From: Scenedesmus sp. PABB004
Taxonomy: Eukaryota
Assembly: GCA_014905635.1 (NCBI GenBank)
Contig: JABVCE010000007.1
Location: 248,001 to 312,000 of the forward strand
Reading direction: 5' to 3'
Length of the DNA stretch: 64,000 nt
In this document: positions 10,867-17,991 of the stretch, piece by piece
Layout: the number at the start of each line of letters is the position of its first letter
How positions within the stretch are numbered: the stretch's first letter is position 1
The notes under the pieces: generated by a model
Told to the model about the DNA's origin: nothing
The model's database searches: none
What the model saw: the letters and a program-made list of their open reading frames with translations, nothing else
Program-made: the position numbers and the translations under genes

Positions 10867-11998
10867 GCCGGCGGCGCGAGGGCACGCACGGCAGGGGGAG
10901 GGAGGGTGGGGAGGGGAGGAGCGACAACGGCGGGTGAGCGGGACGGATTGGTGGCAGGCGACGCAGCACGGCCCTCGGCGCGCGCGCGGGCTGCCGCAGC
11001 CTCCTCGGCGGCGCGGGCAGCGGCGGCAGCGACTACGCGGCGCCGTCGAGCCACGCGTAGTCCGCTCCCGGCGGGGCGCCCGCGTGCGCGGGGCCCGCCG
11101 CAAGGCGCGGGGTGGTGACGCCGACCAGCGGGTGCCAGGCGCCGTCGTAGTCGGCGTAAAAGCTGACGCTGTTGTCGCCCATAATAGGTAAAGCGGCTCG
11201 GGGGCGGGGCAGCCGCGTTGGTACGCGGCGGGCGGCAAGAGCCGCAGCGGGCGCGCGGCGCGCGGTGAGCAGGCAGGCCTGCCGCAAGCGCAGCTCTGTG
11301 TAGGCAGCCAGACCGTGCCCCCCGGCAAGACATGGCTGACGGAACGCCCAGGGCGAGCGGCATGTCGCCGGGGGAGGCCTTAGACACCGCCGAAGAGAGG
11401 CCGCAGCAGCGCAGGCACCGCCGTCAGCCGCCCGCCGCCGCCCCGCTTCCGACCAGCTGCGCGGTCGCGTCGGCGGCGTTCCTCCGCGTGCGCGGAACGC
11501 GCGGAAGAGTGGCGCAAGTCGCCCGCCCGGCGACCCGCTGCACGTGTGGCGAAACCCTCCCACGTCACTCCAGCAGCACTTCGCGACCTTATATGATCGG
11601 CCGCACAGCCGAGCCTGCCGCCCCGCCCTCGATCGTCGATCGACTCGCCCGCGGACCTCGACGACCCGCGACCATGGCTCCTCCCAAGGCCACCGTCCTC
11701 CTGGCGATGAGCCTGCTGGTCCTCCTGGTGGCAAGCGGCGCGCAAGGTGCGCGGCAGGCAGCCAGGCTGGGCGGTCAGCGCGCGCGGCCGCAGCCGGCGG
11801 CGCTCGGGCCTGAGCGCGCGCCCGGATCTCTCGCCCAGGCACCCTCACTCACTCGCCGCCCCGCCGCTGCCGCTGCCGCTGCGCGCTCACTCTCTGGCGT
11901 GCAGGCCGCGCCCTGCGCGACTCATCCGCCGACGCCGACGCCCGCGACAACGTGCCGTCGCCTGCGGCGCCGGAGGCAGAGGCCGCCAAGAACACGAC
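10867..11998. repeat. Direct repeat A, copy 1 (near-identical copy at 13503-14700; partial third copy at ~15790-15894)
   Basis: Base-by-base match from GCCGGCGGCGCGAGGGCACGCAC to ...GCCAAGAACACGA. Differences are a few SNPs, small indels and a Thr-Pro repeat expansion. Confidence 0.95.
11541..11595 (+). promoter_or_regulatory. Putative promoter of peptide gene 1 (G-box CACGTG, CACGTCA, TATA-like TTATATG); duplicated upstream of gene 2
   Basis: CACGTG at 11541, CACGTCA at 11561 and TATATG at 11590, ~80 nt upstream of the ATG at 11674. Confidence 0.45.
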
Positions 11999-12053
11999 CT
12001 CCCTGAAATGTGACTGGAAATGTTTTGGGGTCTGTGCCTGGTGTGGACCTTGA
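11674..12053 (+). CDS. Small secreted Cys-rich prepropeptide 1 (73 aa; exons 11674-11746 and 11905-12053)
   Basis: ACCATGG start context, phase-1 GT-AG intron with CTCAC branch site at 11886. Product: MAPPKATVLLAMSLLVLLVASGAQG-RALRDSSADADARDNVPSPAAPEAEAAKNTTSLK-CDWKCFGVCAWCGP*. TGTAA at 12507. Confidence 0.8.
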
Positions 12054-12558
12054 CCTTGGTACCCCCCCCCCCCCCGCTCTTCTAACCCCTGTGTATTGTT
12101 GGTGTGAGTGAACCTTGACCTTGTGTGTTAGGGCTTTGCGGCCTATGCCCGGCGCTGTAGGTCAAGGTCAGTTACATCACACTGGGGCCACGGGTTAGGT
12201 CAAGGTCAGTTACACACCACACGCTCGCGCGCATTGGTCCCGCGTGTTGAAGGTCCTGGGCTGTCTGGTCTGCTTGCAGGCCAGCCCGCTGCAGCACTAT
12301 CTTTATCTTTATCTTTTTTTAGCAGCGCCCTCGCGCGCCCACGCGTGCGCGCGTGCGCTGCCTGAGCTGTTTCAGCAAGAGTTTCACTGCGAGAGCCGGA
12401 AGCTCAGAACTCCAGTGGAGTACACACCACCGTGAGCAGAAGGGTGAACACGAGAAGTTCCCAGCCTGCCGCGTGCCCTATAAAGGCTCCGCGTGCCACC
12501 GGCGCTTGTAACGAAGCACTCTGCCGCACCCAATCAGCGCTCTCGCGATCACAACACC

Positions 12559-12855
12559 ACCGCGCGTCCTTTGAGGACGGTGGCTTGACCCGTGCAACCA
12601 CGTCACGCTGGCCCGATTGGGCCACAGGGGCAGCGGGGAAAAACCAGCGCAAACCCCGCCGTACCTCACGCAACCGGCGTGGGACAAACCGCCGCCAGCA
12701 GGGGCACCACACACCAGCCGGGCAAGCCCACCCAGGCGCACACGCCGCACACGCAGCGCCGCGCCCCGCCGGCCGCCAGTTGCAGAGTCGCGCCCCCTGC
12801 AACGTGGTGCACCGAATGTTGGGAGCTTGGAGCAGGATGACTGGTAGGCGCGAGA
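12559..12855 (+). repeat. Left arm of a ~300 bp imperfect inverted repeat (right arm 14851-15158)
   Basis: CTTGACCCGTGCAACCACG...GGTGCACCGAATGTT.GGAGCTTGG...CGCGAG aligns with the reverse complement of 14851-15158, roughly 80-85% identical by eye. Confidence 0.9.
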
Positions 12856-12911
12856 AGACAGTGCAGGGCGGCCAGTGGAGACTCTGTGGACTCAACACTG
12901 CGGGGCCGGCG

Positions 12912-13607
12912 TGAGCCGGCAGCGCGTCGCGCGCGGGGTCGCGGCCCGCGGCGACCGCCGCCCCTGTGCCGGCCCGATGCCCGCCAGATCCAGCTCCCTC
13001 CAGGACCCGCGGGCAGCCCAGCCAAAAGGCCAGCCGCACGCGCCGCCCACCACCAAGAAGCCTGCCGCAAGCCCGCCCACGCTCCCCCACCGCCGCCCAC
13101 ACCCACGTGCGCGCCGCGCCCCGAGCAAGCCGCGCCCCAAGCACAGCCCAAATGGAGGTCACGCAGCAACAGCACGCCACGACTCGGCGTGCACCGTTGT
13201 GCACGCCGGGGACGCCACTCCGCCCGGCGCCGCGCCCGCGCTGCTGCTGCCCCACCGCCGCCTGTGATGCGCAGCCCCCAGCCGGCGCGCACCAGGCTGC
13301 GCGCCGGCGGGAGCCGCTCCTCCGGTGCATGGCTGGGGCGCCAGCTCGTCCAGGTCAGTCCATAGGGGCGCCAACCGTCCAGGGATCGATGTCACATCCG
13401 GCGGCGGCGCCGCCGTCGCGTAGCACATCAGTCGCGCCGGGGCCGAAGACCAAGGCGGAGAGGCCAAGTACGTAGCCTCGGACGGGACCTGCGGCGCGGC
13501 GGGCCGGCGGCGCGAGGGCACGCACGGCAGGGGGAGGGAGGGTGGGGAGGGGAGGAGCGACAACGGCGGGTGAGCGGGACGGAGTGGTGGCAGGCGACGC
13601 AGCACGG
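12912..13607. repeat. Direct repeat B, copy 1 (copy 2 at 15199-15894)
   Basis: Essentially identical ~695 bp starting TGAGCCGGCAGCGCGTCGC. Its right end overlaps the start of repeat A. Confidence 0.95.
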
Positions 13608-14316
13608 CCCTCGGCGCGCGCGCGGGCTGCCGCAGCCTCCTCAGCGGCGCGGGCAGCGGCGGCAGCGACTACGCGTCGCCAGGCGCCGTCGAGCCACGCG
13701 TAGTCCGCTCCCGGCGGGGCGCCCGCGTGCGCGGGGCCCGCCGCAAGGCGCGGGGTGGTGACGCCGACCAGCGGGTGCCAGGCGCCGTCGTAGTCGGCGT
13801 AAAAGCTGACGCTGTTGTCGCCCATAATAGGTAAAGCGGCTCGGGGGCGGGGCAGCCGCGTTGGTACGCGGCGGGCGGCAAGAGCCGCAGCGGGCGCGCG
13901 GCGCGCGGTGAGCAGGCAGGCCTGCCGCAAGCGCAGCTCTGTGTAGGCAGCCAGACCGTGCCCCCCGGCAAGACATGGCTGACGGAACGCCCAGGGCGAG
14001 CGGCATGTCGCCGGGGGAGGCCTTAGACACCGCCGAAGAGAGGCCGCAGCAGCGCAGGCACCGCCGTCAGCCGCCCGCCGCCGCCCCGCTTCCGACCAGC
14101 TGCGCGGTCGCGTCGGCGGCGTTCCTCCGCGTGCGCGGAACGCGCGGAAGAGTGGCGCAAGTCGCCCGCCCGGCGACCCGCTGCACGTGTGGCGAAACCC
14201 TCCCACGTCACTCCAGCAGCACTTCGCGACCTTATATGATCGGCCGCACAGCCGAGCCTGCCGCCCCGCCCTCGATCGTCGATCGACTCGCCCGCGGACC
14301 TCGACGACCCGCGACC

Positions 14317-14768
14317 ATGGCTCCTCCCAAGGCCACCGTCCTCCTGGCGATGAGCCTGCTGGTCCTCCTGGTGGCAAGCGGCGCGCAAGGTGCGCGGCAG
14401 GCAGCCAGGCTGGGCGGTCAGCGCGCGCGGCCGCAGCCGGCGGCGCTCGGGCCTGAGCGCGCGCCCGGATCTCTCGCCCAGGCACCCTCACTCACTCGCC
14501 GCCCCGCCGCTGCCGCTGCCGCTGCGCGCTCACTCTCTGGCGTGCAGGCCGCGCCCTGCGCGACTCATCCGCCGACGCCGACGCCGGCGACAAGCCAACG
14601 CCGACGCCGACGCCGACGCCGACGCCGCCGACGCCGACGCCGACGCCGCCGACGCCGCCGACGCCTGCGGCGCCGGAGGCAGAGGCCGCCAAGAACACGA
14701 TCTCCTCGAAGATGGACGACTGCTGGTATTGCTTGCTGCTTGGCTGGACTTGCCAAGGTTCTTGCTAA
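14317..14768 (+). CDS. Small secreted Cys-rich prepropeptide 2 (97 aa; exons 14317-14389 and 14548-14768)
   Basis: Same exon 1 and intron as gene 1. Product: [100 protein letters not shown] at 14766. Confidence 0.8.
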
Positions 14769-14850
14769 ACCCTAAACCCTGCCCGGTGCCCGCGGGGGCG
14801 GTTGGGGGCTACATGGGCGCAGGCTGAAAAATTGGCCGCCCTGCACGGCC

Positions 14851-15158
14851 TACTCGCGTCTACCGGTCATCCTTCCCCAAGCTCCTAACATTCGGTGCAC
14901 CACGTCGCAGGGGGCGCGACTCTGCGAGTGACGGCCGGCGGGGCGCGGCGCGGCGCGGCGTGTGCTGCGTGTGCGCCTGGGCAGGCTTGCCGCGGTTGGT
15001 GTGTGGTGCCCCTGCTGGTTGCGGCCTGCCCCACGTCGTTTGCGTGAGATGAGGCGGGGTTTGCGCTGGTTTTCCCCCGCTGCCCCTGTGGCCCGGTAGG
15101 GCCTGCGGCGTGGTTGCACGGGTCAAGAGGACCAGCTACCGTCCTTAAGGGGCGCGGG
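14851..15158 (-). repeat. Right arm of the ~300 bp inverted repeat
   Basis: Reverse-complement match to 12559-12855. Confidence 0.9.
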
Positions 15159-15198
15159 CCCGATGTGCGCGAGCATACGGGGTAAATGACCTTGACCT

Positions 15199-17856
15199 TG
15201 AGCCGGCAGCGCGTCGCGCGCGGGGTCGCGGCCCGCGGCGACCGCCGCCCCTGTGCCGGCCCGATGCCCGCCAGATCCAGCTCCCTCCAGGACCCGCGGG
15301 CAGCCCAGCCAAAAGGCCAGCCGCACGCGCCGCCCACCACCAAGAAGCCTGCCGCAAGCCCGCCCACGCTCCCCCACCGCCGCCCACACCCACGTGCGCG
15401 CCGCGCCCCGAGCAAGCCGCGCCCCAAGCACAGCCCAAATGGAGGTCACGCAGCAACAGCACGCCACGACTCGGCGTGCACCGTTGTGCACGCCGGGGAC
15501 GCCACTCCGCCCGGCGCCGCGCCCGCGCTGCTGCTGCCCCACCGCCGCCTGTGATGCGCAGCCCCCAGCCGGCGCGCACCAGGCTGCGCGCCGGCGGGAG
15601 CCGCTCCTCCGGTGCATGGCTGGGGCGCCAGCTCGTCCAGGTCAGTCCATAGGGGCGCCAACCGTCCAGGGATCGATGTCACATCCGGCGGCGGCGCCGC
15701 CGTCGCGTAGCACATCAGTCGCGCCGGGGCCGAAGACCAAGGCGGAGAGGCCAAGTACGTAGCCTCGGACGGGACCTGCGGCGCGGCGGGCCGGCGGCGC
15801 GAGGGCACGCACGGCAGGGGGGGGGGGGGGGGGGAGGGGAGGAGCGACAACGGCGGGTGAGCGGGACGGAGTGGTGGCAGGCGACGCAGCACGGCTGCCG
15901 GCGGCGCGGCACGCCCAGGGGGCGGGGCGCGGGCGCGTCGCGGCGACGGTGCGGACGGCGGCGGAGGCGGGCGCAGCCGGCGCGTGCCGCGTACCTTGCC
16001 GCTCTCCAGCGGGCCGACCACGCCGAGGCGGATCGTGGCGGCGATGTCGATCGACGCGGGCACCAGCAGGCTGGGCGGCAGCCAGGCGCTGCGCTTCGGA
16101 GCCACGCGCACGACGCCCTGCACCTTGACGATGCTGCGCGCGCCGCCCACGGCGTGCACCTGCGCGCTCGGGCCGTTGTTGTACGGCACCGCACAGCGTG
16201 AAGTGCGCGGCGCGCTGCCGGCGTGCGCCACGGCTGTGGCAGCTGCGGCGCGCGCCTCGACAAGCGCGGGGTGGAGGGACAGCGCCGCGACGCTCTTGCC
16301 GAGGTAGACAGCGAGCCGGAGGTCTTCGCGGCAGCTCGTGGTGATGATGGGGCTGTCCCAGACCACGCCGGCGCCGGCCAGCGGGGACCGGCCGGGGCGA
16401 CGCTGATGTTTGGGCCGTCCGCCCGCGCCGTCGCAGCGTGCCTGCGGGCCGTCCACGGCAGCAGCGGCGTCAACGTCCGCGCCGGCCTGCCACCGCCGCC
16501 GCCGCCGCCGCCAAGCCGGCAGATGGGCGCCGCGTGCCACGGCAGCAACAGCGCCAGTGGCAGCAGCGCCAGCAGCAGCGGCGGCGCCGGCGGCGGCAGC
16601 AGCAGCAGCGGCGCCAGCAGCAGCGGTGCCGGCAGCGGCGGTGTGAGCGCGAGCAGCAGCGGCAGCGGCGGCGCGAGCTTGCCGCCGCCGCCGCCGCCGC
16701 CGCCGCGGCCGCCGCCCACGAGCAGCAGCAACAGCAGCGGCGGCGGCGGCGGCGCAGGGGCGCTGGCGGCGCGTGCGCCGCCGGCTGCCGCTGCAACCAA
16801 GGCGGCGGGGCCGGCGGCGCCCAGCCGCACCCGCGAGGCGCACGCGCCGCGCGGGGAGCAGGCGCCGCCGCAGCCGCAGCCGAGCACGCTGCACGAGGTG
16901 CGCGTGCAGAACGGTGACAGCGCAATGGTGCGGGCGGCGCGCCAGCGCTCGCAGCGCCTGCAGCAGCGGGGCCGGGCGTCGCCGGCGGCCGACCGCCGGG
17001 CGTCGCCCGCCCCGGCCGCGCGCGCGCCGGCCAGCGCGCCGGCGGCCAGCAAGCGCCGGGCGGCGGCGCGCTCAGCGCGGCGGCAGCGTTGCGCGCACTC
17101 CCGTACCGAGGCGGAGGACACCTCGCGGCGGCGGCGAGCCCGTGCGGCCGCCGCGGCGGCAGCAGTCTGCCGAGGAGGAGGCGGCGGCCTACAAGCGCAA
17201 GTGCGCGGCGGAGCAGCGCCGCCGCGACTACGACGCCATTATATACCCCGCCGCCGCCGGCGCGCGACGCAGCCCCGCTGGCCGGCGCCGGCGTGGCGTG
17301 GGAGGGCCGGGGCGACCGCTGGCGAGCGCGGCGGGCGGCCGGGCGGGGGCGGGCGCGGGCGGGTAGGCCGCCCGAGCGCGCGTGCCGCCGCGCATGTGGC
17401 GACGACGACGACCTGGCCACGCGGTGCCCCAGCGCGAGCGTGACACGTCACGGCGCGTGATGCTGCTCCGAGCCCCGAGGGGTGGGGCTCAAGGCTAGGC
17501 CCGCTGCGCTCTCGCTGTGACGCTCCCCCGCCCGGCGCAGCGGACACATTCGCGAGCGACGCCTTCCCGTGCGGTGGGTGACATCCTCGCGCCGCCACGT
17601 GCTCCTCCATGCCGCGCGCCTGCGCCCGGGCGGCGCAGGGCGGCGTGGGCAGCGCCGACCGTTTCGGCCGCGCCGCGCCGCTGCCACGCGCCTCAAAGAG
17701 CCGAGCGGCGCCCCTGACGATGCGAGCGACGCCTTGGGGCATGTCAGAGGGGGCAAACGCGGGCGTGGCGGGCGGGAGGCTGGCGCCAGCGCCGTAGCGG
17801 GCCTCGACCTCAGCGACGTTGGGCGCGAGCGCGTGCGCCACGGGGCCCCCAGCCAT
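15199..17856 (-). CDS. Possible multi-exon hypothetical gene whose 3' part is repeat B; structure uncertain
   Basis: ATG at 17856 (MAGGPVAHALAPNVAEVEARYG...RLFE, then a GC donor). Complex exon VVWDSPIITTSCREDLRLAVYLGK...GPLESGK with a GT donor near 15993, then a C-rich intron tail and a CGCAG acceptor near 15776. Confidence 0.3.
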
Positions 17857-17991
17857 GGCTGCTGGCGTGGCGGGAAGGCTGAGCTGGGTGCGGGGCGGGC
17901 GGGTGTGCGCGGCCGGCGCGGCCGAGGGCGTGGTGCGCAGCTGCGACGGCGGTTTGCCCTCGGACCCCGCGCGCGCCACACTCGCCGCGCG

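Noticed and set aside
7462..10878. Possible 12-bp target-site duplication GCCGGCGGCGCG at 7462 and 10867
   Set aside because: An all-GC word is expected by chance here, and no poly(A) or microsatellite tail marks the LINE 3' end.
10867..11182. MGDNSVSFYADYDGAWHPLVG... as LINE ORF1
   Set aside because: No gag-like or RRM motif; part of the segment looks like a C-rich intron tail shared with repeat B. Left unassigned.
7546..14768. Diversity-generating retroelement or retron interpretation of RT plus variable peptides
   Set aside because: The RT is LINE-type (APE remnant, CCHC knuckle), and there is no TR/VR pair differing at adenines; the two cores are unalignable.
16223..17443. Plus-strand Ser/Gly/Pro-rich ORF as a third peptide precursor
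   Set aside because: No signal peptide, no shared leader and no Cys core; low-complexity and overlaps a possible minus-strand gene.
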